From Azolla caroliniana (taxonomy: Eukaryota > Plantae > Polypodiophyta): a stretch of 64,000 bases of DNA. Below the pieces are notes generated by a model, which was not told the DNA's origin, did not search any database, and worked only from the letters and a program-made list of their open reading frames with translations. Numbering within the stretch: position 1 is the first letter of the stretch; the number at the start of each line of letters is the position of its first letter. Positions 26,567 to 40,114 of this stretch are shown here, piece after piece. The position numbers and the translations under genes are program-made. The DNA lies in assembly GCA_043228905.1 (NCBI GenBank), contig JBHGNT010000003.1, positions 17,484,001-17,548,000 on the forward strand. Direction: 5' to 3'.

Positions 26567-28243
26567 AATAGGTAATATGTCACATTCTCTTTTTCATATC
26601 TTGGGGAGATGTTAAAAAATGCCATATTTTAGCATCCGACACTAATAGACACAACGCATGCGCACATGCTTTCCAAAAATTTACCAAAATTTGGAAGTAA
26701 ATAAAAATAAGACCATAAAATAAATAGATCAAAAAATTATAAGTCATATATTTTGCGCAAATCCTATATAAGATATAAAGTTCAAACCAGAACAATCGAA
26801 ATGTAGGTCATTGTGCACAATACATAAATCATACCCCCTCCAATAATTGTCTTCTATTGGGACAAAACCCAAGGCCTTTGGTTCAGCGAACAAGAGAAGC
26901 CAAGGTGGCATCCCCATGCTGATTTTGCATGGGTCCCTGATGGGACGACATTCAAGTACCTCAGATATACGATGGGGAGGGCAATCCCCAAGGGAGCGCA
27001 ATTGTCCCATGTGCAAGTCAAACTAAGCAAGAAGTTGAACCAATGGAGCAGATCTAAACTATCCTTCGCTGGTAGGGTTCTTATTGCGAACCAAGTGATG
27101 CTCGCCACCATGTGGCACACAGTCTCGTGCTAAATTATGGACCCTTCAGGCTTGCACGCGATTAAGGCTGCCATTAGGGGGTTTATATGGTCAGGTAAGG
27201 ACAACCCGATGGCTACCGCTAGAGTATCATGGCATTGATTAACTCAACCGCGGGCCAAAGGGGCCTTGGCCTCATAGAGCCGTTAATGCAGAGCCGAGCA
27301 TTGCTAGCCAAAATGGTGGTTCGTTGCCTCCTGCCAGGTAAGGGGTGTTGGAAGGTTCTACTTCGCCATAGGTTGCAGGCAGGGACTCCCAAGTATGGTA
27401 GGCCTTGGCCCGACTCCATGAATTGGTGTTGCACGAGCGGAGTCCCACCCAAGATGGCTTGTCTTCCGGAGGAGAGGGTCACGAACTCCATCTTGCAGGC
27501 ATGGTGTCACGTACGACATCATTTGGTCAAGCACACGCCGGAGACACGAATCGAGTGGTCTAGACAACCATCATTTTGGAACCCTTAGGTGCGAACAAGT
27601 GACGACATGATGTTAGGCTAGCTTAAGGGCCTAGCATGGGGAAAGCTGGCACAAACAGGGCTTCACTCTTTAGATGATTGGAGATGCATTGTGACTTTAG
27701 GAGGAGCCCAGGAGGTCCCAGTCCCTCCCCTCAAGGGAGCCATGAAAATGAGGAGATTGATAGTTGAGGTGGTTGATAGGGTTCCAATGGGGGAGGTGAG
27801 AGAAGATGCTTGGTTCAGTCTCTTTGATGAGGCTAGACGGGTTAAGGCGCTGAAGGGGGTGAGCGGATCGAGAAGAGATAGGATTTTTGGGGAGAGTCAG
27901 AGTAGGGGCTCTTGGCACCCAATCCGCGTGGTGGCACAGGTTGGTAACATCTGGAAGACAGACCTAGATGTTGCTAAGGTGGAACCCCATCAGAAGTTAT
28001 GGGTATATGGTTGTCGTTCCCTCGTCGAACTAGAATGGGACCTAGGGGATTTCAGGTGGAAACATGATGGCAGACTTCGCCATTTCTTCGAGTACAACAC
28101 TAAACTGGGTCAGACTTTTCAACTGCAACTAGACGGCCCCTTACGCTGTCGTGAAGATTTTCGGCAACAGTGTGAAAATTGTGTGCAACGAACGAAATCA
28201 AGAAGGTGCAATGTGCACGTGTGAAAGGGGCGAAGGCCACATG

Positions 28244-31200
28244 TGTTGAGAGACAAGCTCAACATCGGTCGGATCGGCTGAGCAAGCCGAGGACCGGATC
28301 GATTGGGACCGATCAGTTAGGCCGGATCGGTTGGAAACCGGTACACAAACCGGTGCGTAGGAAGGCTGGATTGGTGCAGAAACCGGGAGGCCATCAGAAC
28401 GATATTCTACAAGGAATATATTTGGGAGTTAGTGTCGAGGCTCATTTATGAGCAGTCAAGTACTGTCAGTACTTGTGTCAGCCCATTATCAGGGCTTATA
28501 TAAAAGGTGCTCCCTGAGCACAATGTATGAACAGATCAAGTATTATTTTTGAATTAAGTTCTTGTGTTTACTCTCTCTCTGTCTCTCCCATGCGTACTGT
28601 GCAAACCTAAGCTTTCCATTAAACCTGCGTTTTCTGTTGTTCTGTTTTCCTATATTGCTTCCGCACGCCATTCTTTTCATGGTGTCGGAGCGCGAGGGTT
28701 GAGAACCTCTGCAGCCGACTTTGCTTGAAGGAAAAACCAACGAAGAAGAACAAGAAAACCGATGGACAGAGGAATGGCTAGTTTGCTTCCGACGGAGAAG
28801 CTCGACAGAACCAACTACGCATCTTGGTCCTACAAGATGCACTAGTACTGTTGGGAGACAGGTCCCTCCGGATGGGAAGGGAGAAGAACAGTGCCGATGA
28901 ACAAACTCGGCCGAGGCCGAAACCGTATGAGGAGGACCCGGCTGCGGAGAGCCGGATGGTGCAGACCCGATATGAACCGGATGAGGAGTACCCGGCTACG
29001 GAGAGCCGGATGATACAGACCCGGTATGAACCGGATGAGGAGTACCCGGCTACGGAGAGCCGGATGGTGCAGACCCGGTATGAACCGGATGAGGAGTACC
29101 CGGCTACAGAGAGCTGGATGATACAGACCTGGTGAAGACCGGATGAGGAGTACCCGGCTACGGAGAACCGGATGGTACAGACCCAGTGAGAACCGGATGA
29201 AGAGACATATTCGTAAATAGGTTTTTGAGAGTCCATCGTGGCTATATTTGTAAATAGCCGAAAAGTCATATTAGTATAAATATGACTTAGGGCATTATTT
29301 TTTACATGACTGTTGTTGTTGTCATTCCTGGTTTGCACGAGATTAGAGCGCGTAACAGTGTACAAAGAGAGAGGGAGAGAGAAAGAGGTCGTTGCCTCTG
29401 TTGTAACCGCCGCCTGTGGCGAAGATCGTGAGCACGAGGTCGTTGCCTCCATGAACTCACTGTTTGTACATTCCAACATAGTGATAGTTTGCAGCCTGTG
29501 GGCTGCCGTGGTTTTTCCCTTAGTTTGGGTTTTCCACGTTAACATCCTCTGTACCTTTTCTCTCCTTTGTGTCGTGCATTTACTTCCCGCTTTCTGTGTA
29601 TGATTCTAAGCTCGATTGTGGCCGAGCGTTGAGCATAGGGAGCATACAGTTCTCGACAAGTACCTACTCAGACACGGTTACTAGAGCTATGTCGATGGAG
29701 CAAATGACACAGCACCCGATTCGACACACAAAAACTTCCCGGCGTGGGAACAATCGGCAAGCAGAGTGTTGTACTGTTTCGCGTCTTGTGTGGGCGAACA
29801 ACTGTTAAGCTACATTCGGGATGCGAAAACACCGAAGGGTGCGTGGGAAAATTTGAAGAAGATCTTCGCCGCGAGCACCACAGCCAGGAAGCTTCAGCTT
29901 CGACAGGAGTTGAGCAACCTACGACAACGCGATTTGCCGGTGGCTGACTATACCTCAAAGATCAAGGACATATGCGACTCCTTAGCTTCCATCGATGTGA
30001 ACATCGAGGAAAGCGAGATGGTCCAGGTCTATCTCGGGGGTTTGGCGTCAAAGTTCGGAGCGTTCCGAACTATTGTGTGTACCTGGGGGAATACGCTGTC
30101 GTTTTTCAACTTACAGTCGATGCTCCTTATAGAGGAGAACCACGCGGGTGCGTCGACAAGCACGCATGCCGACAGAAAGATGTTATACATGGTCGTGGCG
30201 GATGAGGCGAGTCGGTACGCAATGGAGGCGGCCGACGGGATCAAGGAAGAAGGCACCGAAGTGATGCCGACAGCAATTCCGGACCCTCCGAAAACAGGGG
30301 GAGTCGAGGCGACAAGAACCGACAAGGGAAATCCGTCGTGGAATGCAGGTACTGTGGCAAGATTGGCCATAGGGAGAGCGAGTGCTGGAAAAAGAGCGCC
30401 GAGTTGGAGAGGACTGGTTCCGGATCTAGTTCTGGACATACCGATAAAGGAAACCGGGAGCAATCGCACTACGCTGAAGGATCCGGAAAAGCCGAAAAAG
30501 GGTCAGTCTTCGTCACGAGACACGAAGCAAACTCAATGAAGAAGATCACCCTGAAATCGGAGGAGGTGTGGTACGTCGACTCCGGCGCGTCAAACCACAT
30601 GACGTGCCACGAGGAGTGGTTCTCATACCTTGAGAAACCGACACAACCAGGAGTAGTTGCAACCGGAGACGACACTCCGCATCCGATCGCGAATGTCGGT
30701 GAAGTTCCCTTGAGCCATGTCGGGCAGAAAGGGAAACTTATGAACATGTTACATGTCCCGACCATCACGAAGAATCTGGTTTCGGTCGGGCAGATCGTCG
30801 ACCAGGGGATGCAGGTTTGGTTTACACACCTCAGGTGCTTCATTGAGGAAGAAGGCCGTATTATTGCGCAAGGGCGAAGAGATGGGAGGATGTTCATCCT
30901 CAACTCTACTGATTGTGACATTGCAATGTTCGCGAAGGGACAAAAAGTTGAGTAGGACATCGACTTATGGCATAAACAGATAGGCCACGTCAACAACCAG
31001 CGGCTTCAAGACCTACAATCGAAACAAGTGGTGTTCGGATTGCCCAAATTTAGTGGCCAAAAGGGACAAATTTGTGAAGCCTGCCAACTTGGGAAGAAAC
31101 ACCAACTTCCATTCCCCAACGAGTGTAACCGGAGCCGGAACAAGCTCAACTTGATACACTCCGATGTGTGGGGGCCGGCACAAAACGTTAGCCTTGGCGG

Positions 31201-34200
31201 GAGCCGATACTTCATCTCCTTCATCGATGACTACACGCGGCACGCGTGGATCTACCTCATTGAGAGGAAGAGCAAAGTCTTCGACTGTTTTCGGGACCTC
31301 AAAGGGTTCGTGGAAATGGAAACAGGAAAGGAAGATCAAGTGTTTGCGGTCGGATGGTGGAAAAGAATACTTTTCCGGTCAATTCAACGGTTATCTACAA
31401 CAGATGGGAATTCGGCGCGAATTCAGTTGTAGATACACACCGGAGCAAAACAGCGTGGCCGAGAGGAAAAATCGGTCAGTTGTGGAAGCGGCACGAGCAA
31501 TGCTGGAAGAGAAGAGCTTGCCCAAGTTCTACTGGGCCGAGGCGGTAAGGACCGCAGTATACATCCAGAACCGGATTGGAGAAAAAGTGTCGGCACATGA
31601 GCTATATTTCGGAATGAAGCCGAACTTGCGACACTTACGAGTTTTCGGTAGCATTGCGTATGTGCATGTGCCGAAGGAGAAACGGAGGAAGCTAAACGCA
31701 AAGGCCGAGAAATGTATCTTGGTCGGTTACTCGGACGAGCAGAAGGGTTATAAGTGTTATAACCCGTGCACCAAACAAGCGCGCGTGAGCCGCGACATTG
31801 TGTTTGACGAGTCCGCGTCCTGGTACTTGCCTCCGACTCCGGACCTCACCTCCAATCCGAGTTCTAATGATGAGGTCAGCGAGGCCGAGATGCCTCCGAA
31901 TGAGCCTGAAATCGGGACCCGCGAAGAGAGTCCAATTTCGTTTCGGTTAAGTGGACCAAATGAACGACTGAGTCGGTACGACCAGTTCGATGAAAAGCCG
32001 GCGAGTAGTGGAGAGTCGGCCGTGCATTCCCCACGCAGGAAGCCGAGGAGACAGCTTACGCGCAAAGAGAAAGGGAAGAAAAAGGTGTTGGATTCCGGCA
32101 CAGATAGGCACAAGTCAGACCAACGCGGGTCCAACTCCGAGGGCTGCAGTGACGGGTCTTCAAGAGCGAAGTTTGCGTCGGCCGAGAAGACCTCGACATC
32201 GGCTAATGACCGATTACGCCGATCTACCCGCCAGAAGAACCCAGTTGTGTGGTTCGGATACAACGAGTACATAGCGCATCATTATGCGTACATGACCCGT
32301 GCAGCGAAAGTGCATGAGCCGGAGAGCTACGCAGAAGCGGCTAGGGACGCAAATTGGCGCGCCACGATGGAGGAAGAGATGCACGCATTGGCGGAAAACA
32401 AGACCTGGGACCTAGTTGATGCACCGAAGGGTGTGAAGCCGATCGGATGTAGGTGGGTGTACAAGGTCAAGTACAACACCGACGGCTCGTTCAACCGATA
32501 CAAGGCCTAGTTAGTAGCCAAAGGCTACGCGCAAAAACACGGCATCGACTACGATGAGACGTTTGCGCCGGTCGCGAAGATGACGACCGTCCATGCTTTG
32601 CTCGCTGTAGCTACGGCAAAGGGGTGGCACTTATATCAGATGGATGTAAAGAATGTGTTCCTGCAAGGTGAGCTTGAGGAATAGGTGTACATGGTACAAC
32701 CCCCTGGATTTCACTCCGGAACGAACACGTTGGCAGTGTGCCGATTGAAGAAGTCCCTTTACGGACTGAAGCAAGCCCCGCATCCCTGAAACGCGAAGAT
32801 CACGCAGCAACTGCGTCGGATGGGCTTTGCAACATCAAAATCGGACTCTTCCCTGTTCATCTGGAAAGGTCGACTTGGGCCGATTAGTATTTTACTATAT
32901 GTTGATGACTTGGTCATCACCAGCGCCAACCTAGGTGAAATCGACCGCGTGAAGCTCCAGCTTGCGGCATCATTCGACATGAAGTATCTGGGGGACCTTC
33001 ATTACTTCCTCGGGATCGAAGTGATCCACACCCCCGAAGGCATACTGATCAGCCAACGTCATTATGCGCTGAATATGCTCTTCAAATTCGGGATGGCAGA
33101 CTATAAGTCTGTCTCGACTCCTCTAGATAGAACCGTCAAGCTTCGCCCGAGTCTGAAAAGGTATGCGACCCGACGAGGTTCCGACAAATAGTCGGTAGCC
33201 TTATATACTTGACCATCACCCAACCAGATCTCAGCTACCCCGTTGGGGTGATTAGTCAGTTCATGGCGCGGCCTATAAAGGAGCACCTTCAGTGTGGGCA
33301 ACACGTACTACGATACGTAAATGGCACTAAGGACCGGGGACTACTATATCGGACCGGTACAGCCTCCGATCGCCGAACCACTGATGTTCATTGGGCTGGC
33401 AACGCCGCCGATCGCCGATCCACGTCTGGATACGCGTTCTCTCTTGGGAGTGTCACAATAGCGTGGATCAGTAAGAAGCAGCCGACAGTTGCACTGTCGA
33501 GTACCGAAGCTGAGTATAGAGGAGCGGTTGTCGCGACATGCGAAGCCATTTGGTTGAAGCGGCTACTTAAGGACCTACAAGAGGAGGTGTCTGATCCGAC
33601 GACGATCTACTGCGACAACCTCAGCAACATCCAGGTCGCAAAGAACCCCTTTTTCCACGCACGGACCAAGCACATTGAGGTGCACTACCATTTTGTCCGT
33701 GAGCTTGTCCTTTCCGGTGAAGTCAAACTTCAGTATGTTCCGACGGATCGGCAAACTGCCGACATCTTCACCAAGCCCCTTGGTTTGGACAAATTGCGGC
33801 AATTCTCGGGTACGCTTGGATTGCGTCACCTCGACGTGCCAAACTTGAGGGGGAGAGACGTCCCGAATGACCATGGAAGGAAGCAGGAAAGGAGCGGAGA
33901 AGACCGCGACGCCGAGTCGGATGACAAATTCGACTTTGGATCAGCTGAAGAATCCGAGGGCGGATCCGCGGAAGAGTCCCAAAGCAGCGGACATAAGGGG
34001 AGCATCCGAAAGAAAGAGCCGAAGCCAACCAAGCATGGGGGAGATGACGTTGTCAAGGGCGAGAAGACCGAAGACGGGTTGGAGACAGCCAACTCGGACG
34101 AGAGCGAAAACCGATCAGAGGTAGCCAAGTCGGTTAGGATGTTTGATTCGGATACATGAATCAACCGAGGGCCAAGCGGAAAAGAAGGCAGCAGGAGAAG

Positions 34201-34804
34201 CGCCAACACCGCGATAGCAAGGGAGCTGTGAAGGGCCGTGCTGACCGGAATGGTCGAAGCGCGTAGAGTCGAATAGGCCGAGGAGCGCGAGCGAGGCGTG
34301 GAGCCAGGAGGAACCGGAGCGGTGATCCCGAAGATCCCGAAGAGCCTCAAGTTGATTTTGAGGGGGAGTGTTGAGAGACAAGCTCAACATCGGCTGGATC
34401 GACTGAGCAAGCCGAGGACCGGATCGGTTGGGACCGATCAGTTAGGCCGGATCGGTTGGAAACTGGTACGCAGACTAGTGCGTAGGAAGGCCGGATTGGT
34501 GCAGAAACCGGGAGGCCATCGGAAAGATATTCCGCAAGGAATATATTTGGGAGTTAGTGTCGAGGCTCATTTATGAGCAGTCAAGTACTGTCAGTACTTG
34601 TGTCAGCCCATTATCAAGGCTTGTATAAAAGGTGCTTACTAAGCACGATGTATGTACAGATCGAGTATTATTTTTGAATTAAGTTCTTGTGTTTACTCTC
34701 TCTCTGTCTCTCCCGTGCGTACTATGCAAACTTAAGCTTTCCATTAAACCTGCATTTTCTGTTGTTCTGTTTTCCTATATTGCTTCCGCACGCCATTAGT
34801 TTCA
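28244..34804 (+). mobile_element. Ty1/copia A3, full length, degenerate
   Basis: 436-bp LTRs at 28244-28679 and 34369-34804. TSD ACATG/ACACG. PBS TGGTGTCGGAGC at 28680-28691. PPT just before 34369. Gag-pol fragments from 28763 to 34159. Confidence 0.96.
28849..29658 (+). repeat. 810-bp solo LTR related to family B, containing about 5 x 54-bp repeats
   Basis: TG...CA ends, TSD AGTAC, inserted in A3 gag. Repeat GAGGAGTACCCGGCTACGGAGAGCCGGATG... at 28929-29200. Confidence 0.92.
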
Positions 34805-34957
34805 ACACGCATATGCTAGCATGTTGTAAATAGGATTGAAATGAGAATCGTAAAGAAAAGCTAGATGTAAAGTTAAACATGTGCACGTGTGATGTGCGCT
34901 CAATTGTAAATATAAAAATAAGACTAAAGCCTAGTAACATCTAAGTGCATACGTAGG

Positions 34958-35030
34958 GGTGGAAGCAAGGCTTGAACCTTGCACCTCCAAGATAGGGAAC
35001 AAATTAACTTACCACTAAAGCCACTACTGA
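34958..35030 (-). promoter_or_regulatory. tRNA-like A-box/B-box cassette inside the solo LTR
   Basis: Minus strand TGGCTTTAGTGGTAAG (A box, 35012-35023) and GCAAGGTTCAAGCCTTGC (T-arm hairpin, B box 34968-34978). Confidence 0.65.
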
Positions 35031-35108
35031 GTGCTTTAGAATTTGCATATTTCCTTTTCATATTCAGTATTTTGTAGGAAGCAAACATATAGAAACCGTG
35101 GGCACAAA

Positions 35109-35198
35109 ACCATGGTTTTAGCCCGTGGTTTTAGCCCGTGGTTTTAGGCCATGGTTTTAGCCCATGGTTTTAGCCTGTGGTTTTAGCCCATGGTTTTT
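35109..35198 (+). repeat. 13-bp minisatellite (CCCRTGGTTTTAG) x~7 just upstream of the LTR TATA
   Basis: Read directly from the sequence. Confidence 0.9.
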
Positions 35199-37132
35199 GC
35201 ATGGAGAGACCTATAAAAGCCTATAGTTGGGCTTGTGTAAGGGACGCAAGTGATGTAAGTAAAAAAGAAACTTTTAATCGAAAATCCGAGTTATCCTAAT
35301 GGTGATGTATCTTGTCTCATAAAACTAAAGTCAAGGGTTCAATCTCTATCTTAATCTCTATCTCTCTTCATCCATCTATCTATCTTCAATACTTTCTCGC
35401 TTACGCTGCTAAAAACATCGAATCCTTCCCGTCCAAGACCCCGGTGGTCCCGCTTCATTTCGCGAACACGCGAGGATTTCTTCGACAACGCAATGGTTGG
35501 CGTACTTTGGGCATCCTTGATGAGGTGCTCATTACCTTTTGGAAGGGTCTCTGGTGTCTCCAATTGTCGGAAAAGATAAAGTTTTTTTGGTGGCAAATCA
35601 GTCATAATGTGGTTCCCGTTGGCGAATGGCTAGGTAAACGTGGCGGCCCGTTAGACTACCCACTTTGACATTCACCTATTGAGACTCTGAGGCATTATCT
35701 GTGGGATTGCCCTCACGCTCAAAAGGTATGGGATAGAGTGACTCGCCTCCTTGCAGCATGTGAAGTGGAAGGAACAGCATCGTGGAGTGTTACGGCATGG
35801 CTTGATCACTTCGTTGATAGGTGGACAGACACCTTCAATGTGGATAGTTGGTGTTACGTATGCATGAGAGGCAAAATCGCCAAGATTCTATTTGAGAGAG
35901 GTTTGCAGTCCGCATCCCCTAGGTTCCCGGACATTTGGATGCTGATCGCAGGCTTCACCCTATGGTATGTATGGAAAGCCCGTTGCCTAAAGGTCTTCTA
36001 GGATCTGGTGCGACCCCCGGAGGAAGTGATCATGGACATATGGTTTGCGCTTATTAGCTGCCTACGAGGGCAATTGGATGAGGTTTGCAGCCATTCCACT
36101 GACGTGGGCACTGCCCATTTGCACTTTTGGCAGAAATGGTGGAACACGCCTATGGTGACACAAGGAGGAAGTGGCCCGAGGTGGAACTACCAGCCCCCAC
36201 GTTGGCTATTTCCGGCTCACTTACCACCCTCCCTTCATTGTCGACCCCAAGAGTTGTCTTGTACTAGCCATCACTGAAGGGCACCGTTTTAGCTGTAGGT
36301 ACTTACATTAAGTAGTCAGTCCGAAAGGCGATGTAACTAGTCTCATTTTCTTGAACTTGATCGAAGGGAGATTCCCCGATCTATGTTTAAGCCTCCTTGT
36401 ACAGTCTCTTTGTAATAATCCTTCCTAACTATTGGGAAAGTAGCTTCATTTTGGGAAAAAAAAAAAATTTTGACTTCTACTTATCTTTTATTTATATTTC
36501 CATATAATTTATCTTTCAGGAAGTTGAGGAGATTGCATGTAAGAATTCCTATTGTGTGGAAGAGAAATATTCCAGAGACACATGCACGTGACACCGTAAA
36601 TGTTGAATAATATCAGTATACAATAACATTCCATATATTACGTTTAAATGAATGAGTACTAAATCAATGAGGAATTTGTGTATAAGATAAATATCAAACC
36701 CTCTAGAATAATTCTCTTATGTTATTTTCTACGTAACACCGTTAATGCATTAATTAACTAATCAACAAGAACATGTACCAACAATTAAAGAGTTAACATG
36801 AACGTATATCAACCCATACAATACATAAACTATACATGTTCAAATTATACAAATAATAAATCCAAATTATAAGCTAGAAGTTTAGACATATACACAGGTA
36901 ATATAATACTTTAACTAAATGTTGAACAAGGCGAACAACAAAATCTAAAATTATATATTATGTCCAAAAAAAATCAACGAATACTATACAAGTTATATAC
37001 AAGGATTGTTTGTAAAATATACGTTGAACAAGATATACAACAAAAACTCGTGATTTTGTATTACGTCAAATTGAAAGTTATACTATGAATACTGTTCAAG
37101 TTATACACTTTTTAGCTTCTAAATTTAACGTT

Positions 37133-40114
37133 CTAATCTAAAAGTAAGTTTGGGAGGGGGGGCTCAACATGATCCATTGTCTGCTCAACATTATCCTCAT
37201 TCACATCCTCAGTACGCTCAGTTGATTTGTTAGCATGTTCAGACTCTGAAACATCCTCTAGGTCTACGAGGTCCCCTACTTCTTCATCTATAGGCTCCAT
37301 AGATTCTTGAGATGTCATTTGGAACATCTCTGTTTCGTTTATTTGCTTTGTCCCGACTTCTTGGTCTTGATCGGGACAATCCCAAATACCTTGGATCCTA
37401 ATTTTGATGAAGTTTACTTGCGCAGGGTCCTCCAACGCCACACAGTTCCGGAACATCTTTAATGCACATGTTGTAGTCGTACCTGATAGTAGAATTGAAT
37501 AAACCTTGTTACAACAACTGAATACTTGACTATATGTTCATTTAAAGTAAAGACTAAAACTATATACATGTGCTAGAAAACAAATATAAAACTCAATCGT
37601 CTGGGTTTGAGAATAGTTCGATTAGACGGTTTATAAGTCTTTGCAATTTTTGGTATGGGTTTACAAGACTTTTATCACCAAAAACATGGCGTAGTTTCTT
37701 CATCACAGTTGGGCACATAATATAGTTCAGGAAATTTCTCTCATTCACATGTGCCCAGGCCTTTTTCTTCATGATATCATCAAAATACCACACACAAAGA
37801 TGTTCAACTACACTAACCATTCTATCTCCTAGGCTTCGTGTGATGTTCGTTTTGATCCTATTTAAAATGTAAAATAATGGTGTTTAGAATACATTTTGCA
37901 CATATGAAAACAACTTTCTCTAATAAAAATAATTTGTAACCTACCAATGCAAAAATGCTCAGTAGCATGACAACACGACTTCAATGTAGTGAAATATTAT
38001 AATTCTCCCCAATGGTGCCAAGGTCAATTCGGCAAAGTCATTTACCATCTTCTCAATTTGGGAGTAATTATATGGCACATAATCATATGTAGATCCTGTG
38101 ATTTGGAATCCATATGGTATATAAGCTATTAAGAGTGTGTAGTGCCTCTTAGATAATATTTTTAGCATATTACCTACTTCCCCATTAAACACACTATAGT
38201 ACAACTGCTGGAAAGGGTTGGCCCTATGCAAGAAACTTTTGATAGTTTTTGAATCCTTGAGCACATCCAACTCCTTTCCTTTTGTCATTTGCTTTTCGTA
38301 CTTTGCACGTTCTAAATGTGTAATGAAGGAACTTGGGATTCCTTCATTACTATCACTTGCCTTTTTTGGAGCAAGACGGTTTCTGCAATGATCAATATGA
38401 TTAGGAAATACCATAACAAAGAAATCAATTAAAAGTACAAAGACACATACCCATTCTCTAAACACAATGAAAAATCCAAAGCTTTATATGATGATATCAC
38501 AGGGTAAACCTGTTCTACTTCCTCCCATGTTAGAAGGGACAATTTCTTCATCATCAATTCTTGGATCTTCATATATACTTTATGGCTAAAAAACAAATAG
38601 ATAATTGGTCAATCATTGAAGCAAATTAAAAAGCTGAAAACGAACAACCAATGATTGATACTTACTTCTGAAACTCAATAACCATCTTGTCCAAGCTAAA
38701 TTCTTTGGCAGTCACTCGTGAAAGTACAGATACAAGCAATTTATCATCTTTAATGCCTTGATGCAACCACCAAGGAAGTAGCTTCATATCTTCGGGTAGC
38801 TCCTCAATTATCAAGACACTTTTACGTGACATTGATTTCATCTTTACTTGAGGATCTACCTTGGCTTTCTTTGCCCTTTGACCCTTCACCTCCTTGCATT
38901 GCAACATGCTAAATATTTTATCCTGTAATCCCACACCACCCCAATTCTAAAGGCTAGCTAAAACAACAAGTCATATTTTCACAATCCTTTTGACTTCGTG
39001 CTCTCGTCAACAACAATACCCACCTCTAGTAAACATTGTCTACACAATCCAGGATGAAGCCTAGGACCATATCTTTGCAATGCATCGAGGTACTCGTGAT
39101 TAAAAAATCTTATTAGCCTGATACAAGACATTTCCTGCTTGTAATCATTATCATTATATTGGTTCCAAGCTAATAGCTTGGCCTCTTCATGAGTCAGACA
39201 TGCGTATACTTTGCACTCGGCGTACTTAAAGAATGGAGTTAGAGGATATTCTTTCACAAGTTGACGTTGGGCTTCAACTTAATGTGAATCTCCTATTGCG
39301 TAATAAGTATAGTCATCAGCTGAACTATACGTAAAATTTCCTGGTGTTGGGCATTGATCAAAATCAATCATTACAAGAAATGGTACAACAGTCGTGTGCG
39401 GGTTAATCTTCATCTTGCTCTTTAAATTTTGCACGTGAACTGAATGGGGTCTCAAATTTCTAAAGGTCGTCTTCTAATGACAGGATCTATTGGTAGCCTT
39501 TGAATAGAGCAGATCGGTAAATGAAATAGTTGGCCTTTACAAACCAACTTTTTCTTTACAATATTTTCTCATTTTCAATTTTGCTTCAATGTCAAAATCC
39601 CTTATGACATCTGCCCTCCATGAGGAACAACTTCGACTTGTTGCTCATCTTTTTCCTCCATCTCTTCGAGTTTGTCGTCATCAAGTTTAGCTCTTTTCTT
39701 ATATTTTTTATGTTCCGATTTAGATTTTCGAGACGGTTTTGGAGGTGTCTCTGCTTCGGTAATAATCAATTCCCCGGTAAAATAAGAACGGAGTGCAATA
39801 ATCAAGTTGTTTTTTGTTTATAGGTCTTTACGTAGGATTTTAGGCTAGCAACAGTCAATCACAATGTTGCCTTCATCGACACGAACATGTTGATTCCCAC
39901 CTAAATTTTCCACATCCAAGAGCAAAGTGGTTGAGTCACTATATTCATATTCGACATTGCGAATTTTCCCATACATGAATGTCTTTCCCAAGACTAACTT
40001 GCCCTTGCCTTCACTTTTTGCAAAAATAAGGAGCAAAATGCAACCTCTTCGACGTACATTAAGCTCCATTCTAAATCGACATAGTTTTTTACCTTTTGGT
40101 CTACTTTCTCTTCG
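37133..40114 (-). pseudogene. Intron-containing ParB-like plus beta-class N6A/N4C DNA methyltransferase gene (3' part)
   Basis: ParB-like HVQNLKSKMKINP..PFLV..YYAIGDSH*VEAQRQL. Motif X/IV VFNGEV..YTLLIA(Y/D)IPYG at 38112-38123. NPYQK at 37647-37661. SNPDD*VLYLFSST|GTT motif I across an intron. RNCVALE. At least four GT-AG introns. Confidence 0.8.

Larger units (their letters stand above)
28147..35487 (+). repeat. Solo LTR (~770 bp net) with TGTCG...CGACA ends and 4-bp TSD, interrupted by copia A3
   Basis: ACGC at 28143-28146 and 35488-35491. Removing it restores the LINE frame. TATAAAAG near 35212. Confidence 0.8.
26800..36467 (+). mobile_element. 5'-truncated L1-type LINE (ORF2 3' part), split by the insertion at 28147-35487
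   Basis: LSFAGRVLIANQVML, FIWSGK and GLGL motifs. Frame rejoins as GPLR|NGWRTLG. zf-RVT-like KIKFFWW...HYLWDC, WYVWKAR. A12 tail at 36456-36467. Left boundary approximate. Confidence 0.88.

Noticed and set aside
26570-26790. Left terminal inverted repeat of the MTase/transposase element
   Set aside because: The partner end is outside the window and no LINE TSD links this segment to 36468 onward, so it cannot be supported.
28824-29135. Repeat protein ORF (EEYPATESRM..)
   Set aside because: By-product of 54-bp LTR repeats whose length is a multiple of 3.
35109-35198. Interstitial telomere repeat
   Set aside because: The unit is 13 bp (CCCRTGGTTTTAG), not TTTAGGG, and lies within an LTR.
37133-40114. 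Bacterial contamination as the source of the MTase
   Set aside because: The gene has GT-AG introns and is interrupted by a plant copia with a matching TSD.
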